A stretch of 64,000 nucleotides of DNA from a virus (lineage: Duplodnaviria > Caudoviricetes). This document shows, one piece after another, positions 51,533 through 61,660 of this stretch (position 1 is its first letter; every line of letters begins with the position of its first letter). The stretch is taken from IMG/VR virus record IMGVR_UViG_3300020050_005097, positions 12,308-76,307 of that record. The stretch is one strand, 5' to 3'. The notes below the pieces were generated by a model. The model was given only the letters and a program-made list of their open reading frames with translations. It was not told the origin of the DNA and did no database searches. The position numbers and the translations under genes were made by a program.

Positions 51533-51838
51533 TTAGAAGTACAGTTTGTAGACAGTGTGGTTGAGTTGATCAGCCACATAGAAACGAAGAAACACGCAAG
51601 ACGGTAAATCAGCAACCGCTGACGGGATGAGACTATCCGGGTCTCGATCGATCACAGTAACTTCATATCGTTTTTTGTGCATGTAAGGATTGTTATTGGC
51701 GAATTTAGTATCGATGTCATTAAGCCGATAAACAATACACGGATAATTCATTGAAACCGTTGGCGGTGGCTGAAAATATACAGACGGTGCGCCAAGAAGA
51801 TCGACCAACAATTCTTGAAGCTGAGAACGTGGCAGCAT
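51533..51838 (-). CDS. tail terminator
   Basis: VYFQPP...YPCIVY...YEVTVIDRDPDS. Confidence 0.7.
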   Translation of the reverse strand: MLPRSQLQELLVDLLGAPSVYFQPPPTVSMNYPCIVYRLNDIDTKFANNNPYMHKKRYEVTVIDRDPDSLIPSAVADLPSCVFLRFYVADQLNHTVYKLYF

Positions 51839-51841
51839 TAA

Positions 51842-52180
51842 TCATCCTCCAAGCGGAAACGGTCCATTGTATACTTCACCCAAACTTAAGACGAGTCTCG
51901 GATGACTAACTTCGACCGCTGTAACTGTCCAAGCCACACCCTGCCACATAACATAACGGATCGCAAAGAAATGATTGTTCGCGTATTCATCAGCCACAAT
52001 ACTAATAGAATTACCAACTGAAATATTATCATTAAGGCTTGCGCCATTCTCCAGTTTTCGAGAGTTACGAATCACATCGCCATAAGCTTGACGTTCTATG
52101 ATTACATCAACCCAAACACCGGATTCAGTTGGTACTTCTTGAGATTCACCATAACCGACTTTACCAGAAAATCGATTCAT
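51842..52180 (-). CDS. head closure (stopper) protein
   Basis: FSGKVGY...ISIVADEYA...PRLVLSLG; follows capsid. Confidence 0.65.
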   Translation of the reverse strand: MNRFSGKVGYGESQEVPTESGVWVDVIIERQAYGDVIRNSRKLENGASLNDNISVGNSISIVADEYANNHFFAIRYVMWQGVAWTVTAVEVSHPRLVLSLGEVYNGPFPLGG

Positions 52181-52198
52181 TGGAATCTCCTAGTTGGT

Positions 52199-54244
52199 TC
52201 AGGCGTCCTCGCGGGTGAACGCCCACTGATCGTCGTTGTCATTGCTGAACGCGTACGAGCTCGACGCAGGCTCGGCGTAGATGATGACGGTGGCACCGGC
52301 CGCGATAGCGGTCTGAGCACCAGCGCTCAGCGTCGACCCAGCAGCGTTCTTGTACACGACGCCGGTCTGGGTGGGGATGGTCACAACGCCAGTGTCGCTG
52401 ACGAACGTAGGAGCATCCGGCATGATGAGAACAACCGAGCCCTCAACCTTCTTGACAACCAGGGCCGACTTCAGCTTCACGAGCGCGCCGGAGATCCGGG
52501 TCTCGATCAGGTACTTGTAGTTGTTGTAGTCAATGTCGAAGTCGTCAAACATCGACACCTGGCCACCACGATCCGCGCCGAGCACGTAATCGATCGGGTT
52601 GACGATGACGGCAACGATCTCGTCATCCTCTTCCATGGCCTCGACCGCAACGATGGTCGTGACGCGAAGCTCCGCAGCCACCTCGTCAAGCGACTTGTAG
52701 ATACGACGACCGGTCGTGTCCTTCAGAAGCATGAACTGAGCGATGTAGCTCTCGGTGGTGAACATGGTGGGAAGACCCGAGCCCCGGAGGTGGCGACGGT
52801 TCAGGATCAGCGCGTCGATGATCTCGGCGGCAGTCGAAGAAGCGTCATCGAGGTTCACATTCACCGTGGTGGTGTAAACCTCGTTGTCCTTGGCGATCGG
52901 ACGAACGTTCTGCTCGTTGATCTTGTCCTCATGCGAGACATCGCGGCCATCGCTGAAGAGGATCGCGCGGGCGATTTCCTCGTCAAGCATGATACGCATC
53001 TCACCCTTGAGCCACGACACAACGTCGAAGTCAGTGATGTCGATCATGTCGTCACGATCGAGCTTCTGCTTCTTGTAGATGGTGGTCGGGGTGGTCACGC
53101 GCTTGGCGACAGCGAAGAACTCTTCCTTCTTCAGGCTGCCCTTGACGTAGCCCTTGGCACGAGCGTCCTCGAAAGTGAGGTCGGCGGACAGGGTCTTGAT
53201 TCGCGCGAACGGGCTCTTGCGAACACCCTCAAGCACGACGTTGACCCACTCGGTCCGACGCTTGCGGAACTCAGGAACCGAATCGATCGCCTGAGCATCG
53301 GGAAACAGGTTGTCGATGTCGTCGATACCATGCGACAGGGCATAGGAGGTGACGGCCTCTTTGAGCGAGCCAACACGGCTGGCATCGGCAACGATGGACT
53401 CAATGTCGGAGTGCGACAGTTCATGCTTCACGGTGGTGTCATCTTTCGTCTCGAAAACGTTGTGCTTCATTTCGGTGGTACCTTCCTTGCCGGTCTCGGC
53501 GTCGTTGTTATCTTCAATATCTGAATGCTGTGCCGAAGCCGAATCAAGCGCCTCGCCGATCATGAAATGGAGCAGATCCTGCTGCTCCTGAGTCATGGAA
53601 TTATAGATGTCTGCAAGGGTGAGGTTAGAACTATCTGCCGAATCCCCCCCATTAGTAGATGCGTGCTCAACTGCTTCGCCCTCAGTCTCTTCGACCTCGG
53701 GAGTTTCCTCTGCCTCTTCCTCTTCAACCTCAGGCTCTTCCTCAACCTCAGGCTCTTCATCATCCTCATCGTGTGAGAGATTTCCATGCTCAAGCTCGAG
53801 GCCGGTGTAAATGATAGCCTCGTCAAGCTGCTCAAGCTCGTCGTCATCGGAATGACTGATGTTGATGTTGTCGATCACGGCCCCGGGGTTGGCGCCGGAA
53901 AGAACAAGACTGACCTCACGAATGGCCCCATGGAACACCTTGCTGCTGCGCTCGATGAGCTGATTGGCCCAAATAGACAACATGTTAATGTCGTTATGCG
54001 CAACAAGGCTCTTGGCGTGCTCAGCCTTGGCGGTGTCGTTGAAGAAGCCGTAGGCGTAAACGCCCTCATCACGGTTCTCCAGAATCGCATGACCCAGCAC
54101 GTTCTCGGGGTCGTTATGACCATGCTGCCAAACCAGCGGCACCGTCATCTGATCCTGATGCTGGAATGCGTTGGGCATAATGGTTCGACCATCGGTGCAT
54201 TTAAGACCGTTCTTGGTCGCCCAACCACTGAAATCTGCTTCCAT
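52199..54244 (-). CDS. prohead protease - major capsid protein fusion (HK97 fold) with C-terminal Ig-like domain
   Basis: PLVWQHGH...LGHA...EVSLV protease motifs; acidic linker; capsid domain. Confidence 0.88.
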   Translation of the reverse strand: MEADFSGWATKNGLKCTDGRTIMPNAFQHQDQMTVPLVWQHGHNDPENVLGHAILENRDEGVYAYGFFNDTAKAEHAKSLVAHNDINMLSIWANQLIERSSKVFHGAIREVSLVLSGANPGAVIDNINISHSDDDELEQLDEAIIYTGLELEHGNLSHDEDDEEPEVEEEPEVEEEEAEETPEVEETEGEAVEHASTNGGDSADSSNLTLADIYNSMTQEQQDLLHFMIGEALDSASAQHSDIEDNNDAETGKEGTTEMKHNVFETKDDTTVKHELSHSDIESIVADASRVGSLKEAVTSYALSHGIDDIDNLFPDAQAIDSVPEFRKRRTEWVNVVLEGVRKSPFARIKTLSADLTFEDARAKGYVKGSLKKEEFFAVAKRVTTPTTIYKKQKLDRDDMIDITDFDVVSWLKGEMRIMLDEEIARAILFSDGRDVSHEDKINEQNVRPIAKDNEVYTTTVNVNLDDASSTAAEIIDALILNRRHLRGSGLPTMFTTESYIAQFMLLKDTTGRRIYKSLDEVAAELRVTTIVAVEAMEEDDEIVAVIVNPIDYVLGADRGGQVSMFDDFDIDYNNYKYLIETRISGALVKLKSALVVKKVEGSVVLIMPDAPTFVSDTGVVTIPTQTGVVYKNAAGSTLSAGAQTAIAAGATVIIYAEPASSSYAFSNDNDDQWAFTREDA

Positions 54245-54249
54245 TTTGA

Positions 54250-54999
54250 CTATCCTTTCGAAGAACTACCTGATTGTTTGATGGCATCGAACTCGCTTTG
54301 AATGATGGCCTTGTATTTAGCAATCGTTTGTTCTCGTAATGCCTTGTACTTTGTCTGGGCATTAGAGACTGCGGATTTGATTTCTGCATTAACCCGTTGC
54401 GCATTAGCCTTAGCTGATTCTTGAGCCTTTTTGTTTTCTACCGATGTAGCAGACTTAACTTGCAGCTCTTGAGTCTTTGTTTCGGCAAGAACCTTCCCCG
54501 ATTTAGCTTTGCCCTCACCTTTGATCTGAGCTATGTCTTGCGCCCGCATTGCTCGTACCTCTTTGCTAACCGTTTTTGGAAGCGGAGGAAGGGCGTCAAG
54601 TTTAGCCTGGGTTTCGGAAGCAATCTTTTGCAGTTTCGCATTTCGATCCGCCGCAATAGTTGCTCTTTGTCCATTAAGGTCTTGATTTAATCGAGAGATA
54701 AGCTCTTTTACTGAATTACGAACTTCCGTTTGCTTGGCTTTTGCGTTTAGACGAACCTTAGTCATATCGACCTTTTTGGTGCCAGAAAGATCCTTAATTT
54801 CTTTCCTTCGAGCAGCGTCAATGTTTGACTTGGCTATCGTAAATGCTTCTTTCTTCTTTTTACCCCTAAGATCTGAGGTGCTAGGCCCTTTCAGTTCTCT
54901 AGTTCTCATGTAGTATTCATGCGCTTTTACAGGGTCATACCAAGGTGACGCATAGTGTTTCAAAAACGTATCTACGAATTCTTCAACATCAGCCATCAC
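54250..54999 (-). CDS. basic coiled-coil head-region protein
   Basis: HYASPWYDPVKAHEYYMRTRELKG N-terminus. Confidence 0.75.
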   Translation of the reverse strand: MMADVEEFVDTFLKHYASPWYDPVKAHEYYMRTRELKGPSTSDLRGKKKKEAFTIAKSNIDAARRKEIKDLSGTKKVDMTKVRLNAKAKQTEVRNSVKELISRLNQDLNGQRATIAADRNAKLQKIASETQAKLDALPPLPKTVSKEVRAMRAQDIAQIKGEGKAKSGKVLAETKTQELQVKSATSVENKKAQESAKANAQRVNAEIKSAVSNAQTKYKALREQTIAKYKAIIQSEFDAIKQSGSSSKG

Positions 55000-56330
55000 T
55001 GTAATCCTTTGGCCAAAACATTAATGTCTGAATTAAGTCCATCGAAAACTTCATTCATGATAGCATCCATATCGGAGGCCATTTGTTCTGGGTCAATTAC
55101 TGGTTGCGATGGAACAGTTTCCTGACCAGGCATCCCGATATTGATACTTGATTGAGGCATGTTGCTATTGATAAGCAAATCTGCCTTCGGGTCTGGGTGC
55201 GGAGGAATACCCATAGCAGCTCGGATCTCATTCGATGTCATGATCTCGTTACGAGCAAACTTATCGGCAACTTCAGCAATCTGAGAAAGAGGAATCAACT
55301 TGAACGGATCTCTGAAGTACTTGATTCGCTCTTGCTTAGATGTCTTATCTGCACCCAAGAAGGACCGTTGCATGGCCTCAACCGTTGCCTCTAAAAGAGG
55401 CTCGATAGTCCGGTTGTAGTAATTAATCATGGTCGCTTCGTCAGCAGTACCGTTCATAACCTCTTCGGTAATGCCCAACTGAGAATATAGCAGCTTAGTT
55501 AAATACTCGATTTGACTAAGAAGGTTGTTCTCCGCGGGTCGGTTTAGCTGGGTGATCTTTTCAGTACCATCAGTATAGGCGATGCCGTACTGGCTCCCCT
55601 TCAACTGGAACTCGATGTCTTCCCGTCGCTTTTCTGCCTGCTGCCGACGAGCATCAGACTTAATGACGTAAGGAAGCTGGATGATGAGGTCTAGTTTGCC
55701 CGAACTGGACTGCTCATCAACCACATCCAGAAGATTCAGTTTGTGGATCAAACGTTGAAGAGTTGAGTTACGCTCATTCATCACAGCATATAATGGGTTC
55801 TCCACAATAGCCGCGTTCTTTTTCTCAACAACGATTTCCTGACGAACACCTTTAGCTTCGTTGTACAAACTAACTCTGATGTGCTTAGGATACCACTCGA
55901 GAATCTTACCTACACGCATGTTTTCGATCTCGAACACGTTACCAGAATTAGGGTCGATAGTTACATCTACCGGAACAATAGCCACGGCACCGTCATCAAA
56001 CAACGACATGGCAATGTCTTGCTTGAATGCCCTTGGCCCCTGGTCAATATTGGATTCGAGCGTTAAACACTGATTCAAGGAGCTTTCGACGTCTTCCAGA
56101 TATCGATCTTGATCGTCAAGCTTAACATGACGAATACCAATCTCTGCGAAATCAATCGCGATTCTGGTATAGATAGACGCTACAATAGATCGCTCATTAG
56201 AGTATCGAGGACGGGTCGCATGTGGCCTTGCGCTTGTGCTTGGCCCAATCGAATACGTTGGTTGGACCGGATTTTCCTCATACGAGCGAAAAGCATTCCA
56301 CATTTTTGCTAAGCGATTCATGATAGCCAA
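54996..56330 (-). CDS. portal protein (HK97 family)
   Basis: 444 aa between terminase and protease; portal-like motifs. Confidence 0.88.
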   Translation of the reverse strand: MAIMNRLAKMWNAFRSYEENPVQPTYSIGPSTSARPHATRPRYSNERSIVASIYTRIAIDFAEIGIRHVKLDDQDRYLEDVESSLNQCLTLESNIDQGPRAFKQDIAMSLFDDGAVAIVPVDVTIDPNSGNVFEIENMRVGKILEWYPKHIRVSLYNEAKGVRQEIVVEKKNAAIVENPLYAVMNERNSTLQRLIHKLNLLDVVDEQSSSGKLDLIIQLPYVIKSDARRQQAEKRREDIEFQLKGSQYGIAYTDGTEKITQLNRPAENNLLSQIEYLTKLLYSQLGITEEVMNGTADEATMINYYNRTIEPLLEATVEAMQRSFLGADKTSKQERIKYFRDPFKLIPLSQIAEVADKFARNEIMTSNEIRAAMGIPPHPDPKADLLINSNMPQSSINIGMPGQETVPSQPVIDPEQMASDMDAIMNEVFDGLNSDINVLAKGLQ

Positions 56331-56359
56331 GACGTTTCACCTCCTTTGGGGGTTTAATG

Positions 56360-56722
56360 CTATGCTAAGGCTTTTCTAGCGATGTTGTTAACCACATGGG
56401 TGTTAACATGGCCTCTGGGGTGTTTATCTGTTACTAAAACGTGGTACCCTTTTTCTTTAAGAATTCGATTAGTAATTGCGATTGCTTCCTCGCGACTACG
56501 AGCAGTTTGCATCGCAGTTCTTTGGGCGCTTATCAAATCCTTTTGTTTTTTTTGGGCGGCTACTTTACGAGCGGCAACTTTTTTAGCATGACGTTGCCCC
56601 CACTTCATTCCACGAACACCATGATGCTCGAAGTAATTATCAATCTCCGAGTGGGTTAACCCCTTCTCTTCAAGCATCAATCCGATAGTCTCAATATCCG
56701 ACTCGACGAACGCCATTGTCAA
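56360..56722 (-). CDS. HHGVxGMKWG-family basic protein
   Basis: GLMLEEKGLTHSEIDNYFEHHGVRGMKWG. Confidence 0.8.
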   Translation of the reverse strand: MTMAFVESDIETIGLMLEEKGLTHSEIDNYFEHHGVRGMKWGQRHAKKVAARKVAAQKKQKDLISAQRTAMQTARSREEAIAITNRILKEKGYHVLVTDKHPRGHVNTHVVNNIARKALA

Positions 56723-57190
56723 TCACCTCTTTACAGGCTTCTTGTATGAGTAATTAAGTTTACTAGAATCAATGCCGTTCATGAGATCAAGCTTATCTAA
56801 AAGATGAAATTTACCTTCACGAACCTTTTTTTGATACCACTGGCCCTGTTTTAAATCAAACCGCGCCACAGGTCCAAGCATACCCAACCCGTAACCCTGC
56901 CCAAAATAATCAGAAATAAACCTTTCACCAAGAGTTGCTGTTCCAGATGCGGTTTTACGTTTAGCGTCAAGCATGAGTTGACGTTGGGCAGTAACGTTCT
57001 TCACATAAGGAGAACTCTTACGAGTAGCAACAGCTTTTGCGTATGCCGCTCGTTTTTGTTCCCTACGAACACCCCACTTCATGCCTTTAACACCGTGATG
57101 TTCAAAGTATGCATCGATCTGAGAATGACTCAGACCTTTCTCTTCAAGCATGTGACCGACAGTATCAACGTCGGCTTCGGTGAACATCAC
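56723..57190 (-). CDS. HHGVxGMKWG-family basic protein
   Basis: GHMLEEKGLSHSQIDAYFEHHGVKGMKWG. Confidence 0.8.
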   Translation of the reverse strand: MMFTEADVDTVGHMLEEKGLSHSQIDAYFEHHGVKGMKWGVRREQKRAAYAKAVATRKSSPYVKNVTAQRQLMLDAKRKTASGTATLGERFISDYFGQGYGLGMLGPVARFDLKQGQWYQKKVREGKFHLLDKLDLMNGIDSSKLNYSYKKPVKR

Positions 57191-57708
57191 TTTTTCTTTC
57201 TAGGCGGCGTAACTAACGGTTTCGGTGTTCTCTGAACAAATGCCCCAATCACACTAGGACCTCGCATTGGAATGGCCGGTGCAAAAGGACCAAAAGCTAG
57301 AGGGAGCAGAATGCTGTTAATAGTGATTTGGCCGTAGGTCCCAAGCTTATCTTTCACGGTCATTTTACCGGTTTTAAGCCGTTTGTTGTATGCAGTTAAC
57401 TCTTTGATTTTAGTTTTCTGCATTCTAAGCTGACGTTCTTTACCGCCAAGAAACGCTCGACCAAGAGCAGCTGATGCAGCATACCCGGTACCGTTCATTC
57501 GGTTTTTGGTTCGATACATACGGCGATTGTTAATGTCAATCTTAGCCCCAACAATGCGATTAACACCGGTTTTATCTTTACCCTTACGGAACCCCCACTT
57601 CATTCCGATAACACCGTGATGCTCGAAGTATTCATCAATCTGAGAATGACTCAGACCTTTCTCTTCAAGCATTAACCCAATCGCGTCAATCTGTTCCTCT
57701 GTATACAT
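57187..57708 (-). CDS. HHGVxGMKWG-family basic protein
   Basis: GLMLEEKGLSHSQIDEYFEHHGVIGMKWG. Confidence 0.8.
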   Translation of the reverse strand: MYTEEQIDAIGLMLEEKGLSHSQIDEYFEHHGVIGMKWGFRKGKDKTGVNRIVGAKIDINNRRMYRTKNRMNGTGYAASAALGRAFLGGKERQLRMQKTKIKELTAYNKRLKTGKMTVKDKLGTYGQITINSILLPLAFGPFAPAIPMRGPSVIGAFVQRTPKPLVTPPRKKK

Positions 57709-57744
57709 TACGAGTACCTTCCATTTTGACGATAGTGGTCAAAC

Positions 57745-58140
57745 TCAGACGTACTCGCCAATCAGATGAAGATCGGTGCCATCGAACCAGCAGAGAGCAA
57801 CGCCGCCGGCGGCAAGGGTAAACTTGGCTCCAGTCGCAGCCGTTCCACCGAGCTTGATCGCCCGAGCCGTGCCACCATCAAACGCCACAGTGGCGGAGTT
57901 GGCGGAGTTACCACTGGTAAACACCATAGGCACGAGCGTGTTGGCGGCCGGCTCAGCCGAAGTGCTGGTCTTACCGGCGGTACCAATCAACCCAGCGACA
58001 GTCACAGCTCCAAAAGCAGCGTCGCGACCGGTGTTAACCGTGCCGTCAGCGTTGAACAGTGCAATCTCTTCGATGACCTGGTTCGAATCAAGAGTCGTCT
58101 TGGTGCTGACCACGGCCTGCTTAACAGTCTTGCTTTCCAT
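57745..58140 (-). CDS. putative capsid decoration/fibre protein
   Basis: Ala/Gly/Thr-rich beta protein, capsid-like codon bias. Confidence 0.55.
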   Translation of the reverse strand: MESKTVKQAVVSTKTTLDSNQVIEEIALFNADGTVNTGRDAAFGAVTVAGLIGTAGKTSTSAEPAANTLVPMVFTSGNSANSATVAFDGGTARAIKLGGTAATGAKFTLAAGGVALCWFDGTDLHLIGEYV

Positions 58141-58164
58141 TGAAATTCCCTTCGGGTTTATGCA

Positions 58165-59922
58165 TTACTCGAATGCATCTTTGTTGGCTTTGTAAGCAAC
58201 GTATGCGTCCAGTAAGGCCGAGACGTTGTCAATCTTCTCATCACTACGCTTTTTCCAAAGCTTCCTGTTACCGTTGGTGTCTTCCAAAGTAACAGCATTC
58301 CCCATAGCAAAAGACATCAAGTCTTGATCGAAGATCAACTTACGTTCTTCGCTTAGGATCTTTAACTCACCAAGAGGCACCGATTCGGTTCGGGAACCCT
58401 GGATAACTTTCTCAATCCCGTAGGGACCGTTTTCTGCTTCCCATCTACTAACAAACTCTTTAGCGTTGTAAGGATCGTAACCCATGCAACGAACATCGAA
58501 CTCTGCTACTGGCGAAAGAATAAACGCGTCCAGATCGTCATACACTTCCATCATATCGAGGATGTCTCCCTCTAGAACATGAAGGCTGTGTTCAGCAATG
58601 AACTCGTCGTACTTCTGTCGCATAGCTCCGGGGAGCCTCATCAGAGTATAATTTGAGATGTAACTTCTAGTCTTTACACCAAACGACCCGTTACTAAGCG
58701 GGAACAGAAAGGTGAAAGCACAGAAGTCGTCGCCCTGCGAGAGGTCCACGCCCATTGAGCATGGGCCTTGCCAGAACTGTCGCGATGGGTGAACCTCGGT
58801 TTCCTCATAGGTGAAGAAGTAGGTATAACCCTCCATGGGAATACCGAACCGCTTGGCCAAGATGTCGTTTCTTGACGCCGGAGCTTTCTCAGCTCGTTCA
58901 ACATCCAACTGATAGACATCATATGTAACGGTCTGACCCAGATTCGGGTTAGCCTTAAGCCATGTCGACGGGTCATTAACTTCTTCTAGATCATCGAGCT
59001 TGTAGTGCCAGATTGAAATATGTGGAGCCTGATACTCACCGCGTAGAATGTCTGCAAGCTCAATCTTGATAGTATCGCCAGACCCATTACGGACCGTTCC
59101 TTCGGAACTAATAGCGACGATCAACCAATCGTCAAGCTTAGATGCGCCCTGTTCGATTGCGCCAACAACATCTTCCCTAATATCCCCCGATAACCACTCA
59201 TCAATAGTAGAAACCTTGGGCCTAAGTCCCTGCAATTTATTAATGGACATTGGGCGAACTTCGAGAATGGATCCGGTGAGGAAATTCTCAATGCCCTTCT
59301 TAGTTGACGCAAGTTTAACGCGATTAGCTTTTGACCCAGTAGTGTTCTGCAAAGATCCTTCAGTGAGGAACTTGAATAGAGGTCCGCGGGTACGGGTGAT
59401 GGCGGTACGAAACGGCGACATAACTTCGTCGGCCTGTTTCATGGTTGGGGCAGTGGTGATTTGATGTGTAGTAGCCACATCGACATTTAGGAAATATGCT
59501 TGAATGCACATTGCGTACATCGACTTGGCTGCTCCACGAGCAACGATTAAATACTGCTTTGTGGTGAGCCGTTTCTTGATGGTTCGTTTAACGTAACCGC
59601 CAGGAGCTCCATCAACCCCGGGTCGGTATACACTACGTTCGACGTAGTAGTACCAACCAAAAATTTGTTCTGCCCAAACTTTGAACGTATCTAATAGATA
59701 TAGATCCGCACCGTCAGTAAGGGTTAACTCGTTCTCGCAATACTTGATGAACCCCTCTACGGCATTGATGTCGTAGTAAATGTTGGGGTTCTCAATAAGA
59801 GCATCGATACGGTTCATCTCCATAGAGACTTCCCTATTTACAGGAATGTCTCCACGTAGAACCCGATCGCGAAATTCACCATAGTATCTTGGGGTTGCTT
59901 TGTTAGCTAAAGCTACGTCCAC
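58165..59922 (-). CDS. terL: terminase large subunit
   Basis: VARGAAKS Walker A, STIDEW Walker B, GVDLS and KIDNVSA nuclease motifs. Confidence 0.92.
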   Translation of the reverse strand: MDVALANKATPRYYGEFRDRVLRGDIPVNREVSMEMNRIDALIENPNIYYDINAVEGFIKYCENELTLTDGADLYLLDTFKVWAEQIFGWYYYVERSVYRPGVDGAPGGYVKRTIKKRLTTKQYLIVARGAAKSMYAMCIQAYFLNVDVATTHQITTAPTMKQADEVMSPFRTAITRTRGPLFKFLTEGSLQNTTGSKANRVKLASTKKGIENFLTGSILEVRPMSINKLQGLRPKVSTIDEWLSGDIREDVVGAIEQGASKLDDWLIVAISSEGTVRNGSGDTIKIELADILRGEYQAPHISIWHYKLDDLEEVNDPSTWLKANPNLGQTVTYDVYQLDVERAEKAPASRNDILAKRFGIPMEGYTYFFTYEETEVHPSRQFWQGPCSMGVDLSQGDDFCAFTFLFPLSNGSFGVKTRSYISNYTLMRLPGAMRQKYDEFIAEHSLHVLEGDILDMMEVYDDLDAFILSPVAEFDVRCMGYDPYNAKEFVSRWEAENGPYGIEKVIQGSRTESVPLGELKILSEERKLIFDQDLMSFAMGNAVTLEDTNGNRKLWKKRSDEKIDNVSALLDAYVAYKANKDAFE

Positions 59923-59942
59923 TATGCAACCTCCAATCTAAT

Positions 59943-60476
59943 TTAACTGAAACCACCCTTTGGGCCTTCATTAACCGTAATCGTATGCCACTTCTCACTA
60001 GATGGACTTTGTGGATACTTGGGGGCCTTGCTCTTTTTCTTCTTTTTACCCCCGTGGTTCTGTTGATACGTTGGGGTGTTAACGATAGCCCTAGTCGCCA
60101 TTTCGGTAAGATGATTGGTGTTTCGCTCGGTGTCTTTCTTCGGCATCGTACCAGAAGTAGCTTTATCGATAGCAGATTTAACCGCGCCTTTAATCACCAT
60201 TTGACCAGTCATAACAAGCATGTCTTGGGCAAATTTCTTGCCCTTTGTGTCAGGCTTTTTGGTAAGATTATGGTAGTCCTGCTCCAACTTCATTCGAGCA
60301 ACTAAAAGCTTAAGTTCCTCGTCCGAAAAATGGCTGGGAGATTTGTTCTTCTTACCCTGATGGGCATGAGTTTTAGCAATAGCTCGACGTTTACGAACCC
60401 CCCACTTCATACCTTTTACACCATAGTGTGCGAGTACTTCGTCTACAAGCATTTCGCCTTCTGCGTTAATGATCAC
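59943..60476 (-). CDS. HYGVKGMKWG-family basic protein
   Basis: LAHYGVKGMKWGVR; SDEELK...RMKLE. Confidence 0.8.
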   Translation of the reverse strand: MIINAEGEMLVDEVLAHYGVKGMKWGVRKRRAIAKTHAHQGKKNKSPSHFSDEELKLLVARMKLEQDYHNLTKKPDTKGKKFAQDMLVMTGQMVIKGAVKSAIDKATSGTMPKKDTERNTNHLTEMATRAIVNTPTYQQNHGGKKKKKSKAPKYPQSPSSEKWHTITVNEGPKGGFS

Positions 60477-60487
60477 AAGTCACCTCC

Positions 60488-60856
60488 TTAGGCAGCAGTC
60501 ATTGGATCGACAGGATCAAGCATCCACTCTCGATGAGTGTTAATTCGCGTTTCTAACTGATCAACCTGCTTCTCCATGGCCGTCAACAGGAACGAGGTTT
60601 GCGGAGGATCAAAGAACATCCGAACCTTGAGGAACATATAGGTGCGCACCATGTTCAACCCATTGTCGCCAACAAGATAGTCGTCCCACTCAGACGAGGA
60701 ATCTTCAATCATGAAGCCTTCGTCAGGACCAACGCCGATTTGCTGAAGAGTAGAGAAAACCGAATTAATATGAATGATAATGTCTAAGTCAAAGGTGGTG
60801 TCATCTTCGGCAATACCAATAACCTTTTTCGTGCTTGTTAGAATACTGGCTTCCAT
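60488..60856 (-). CDS. putative head-tail adaptor
   Basis: SILTSTKK...FDLDIIIHINS...FDPPQ. Confidence 0.6.
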   Translation of the reverse strand: MEASILTSTKKVIGIAEDDTTFDLDIIIHINSVFSTLQQIGVGPDEGFMIEDSSSEWDDYLVGDNGLNMVRTYMFLKVRMFFDPPQTSFLLTAMEKQVDQLETRINTHREWMLDPVDPMTAA

Positions 60857-60890
60857 CGAAAATCACCTCCATTGTAGATTGTCTTTAATG

Positions 60891-61307
60891 TCACCAGAGT
60901 TTTGTGTCCCCAGGCCTACGCTCAACAAATGGAGTTCGAAGTTTAGCTCGATCGCCGTAATGTATAGCATTGTGCGTATCATGAGTAGTTGTGATCAAGA
61001 ATTCTGGATTCAAAATCCAATCCGCATGGTCCGCAACGTCTTTAGTATCCATGGGATTGATGTGGTGCACCAGTAATGCGCCGTTGATTTCATATCCAGG
61101 AATTCCTAAATCACAACCCTCATCTCTGATAATGACATCGTTTCGAATGTCGCGCCACTCTCTTGTTCTGTAGAAATACTGATTTGCCCATCGATCGAAA
61201 CCGAAAGTGATGTTCCCAACCGTTCCACCGAGAACAAGATAGTCAAACCTATCTTCGAACGTATCAAAACGTCTAAGTTCAGAATATGTTCGGATTAGAT
61301 CACTCAT
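60891..61307 (-). CDS. HNH endonuclease (packaging-associated)
   Basis: RDEGCDLG...VHHINP...THNAIH. Confidence 0.8.
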   Translation of the reverse strand: MSDLIRTYSELRRFDTFEDRFDYLVLGGTVGNITFGFDRWANQYFYRTREWRDIRNDVIIRDEGCDLGIPGYEINGALLVHHINPMDTKDVADHADWILNPEFLITTTHDTHNAIHYGDRAKLRTPFVERRPGDTKLW

Positions 61308-61644
61308 CGTATTCCTCTACCTCTCGACCAGAATATACGCCCATAGCCTTGAGAGCCTCGGCATACAATTCTTCGGTGCGGGACTGCGCTTCGATCTGCT
61401 CGACTCGAGCGGTAAGAAGTTGCTTCTCCATGCGCATACGTTCTTGCTCAAGACGCTCTCGAGAAGAACCCAGCTTAAGGAAATGAGTAATCTGCTGAGC
61501 AGAAGCAGTGCCATCTCGCATCTGACGTTCAGTAAGATCGTGTGCAAGTGAGATAAGCTCGTTTTCACGTGCCTCTGGGGTAGTCGCCGGGCGGCCACGT
61601 CGAGTAGGCTTCTTTGCTTCTGGTTTTCGCCTTGTGTTACCCAT
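61300..61644 (-). CDS. putative terminase small subunit
   Basis: PATTPEARENELISLA...; upstream of HNH/terL. Confidence 0.6.
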   Translation of the reverse strand: MGNTRRKPEAKKPTRRGRPATTPEARENELISLAHDLTERQMRDGTASAQQITHFLKLGSSRERLEQERMRMEKQLLTARVEQIEAQSRTEELYAEALKAMGVYSGREVEEYDE

Positions 61645-61660
61645 GGACTACTCCTTTCTT

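Noticed and set aside
52088-53524. Long plus-strand ORFs (478 aa here; also 11031-11576, 19562-20125, 22476-23138, 29127-29687, 45039-45842, 50721-51536)
   Set aside because: Antisense shadows of strongly codon-biased minus-strand genes; no SD or recognisable motifs.
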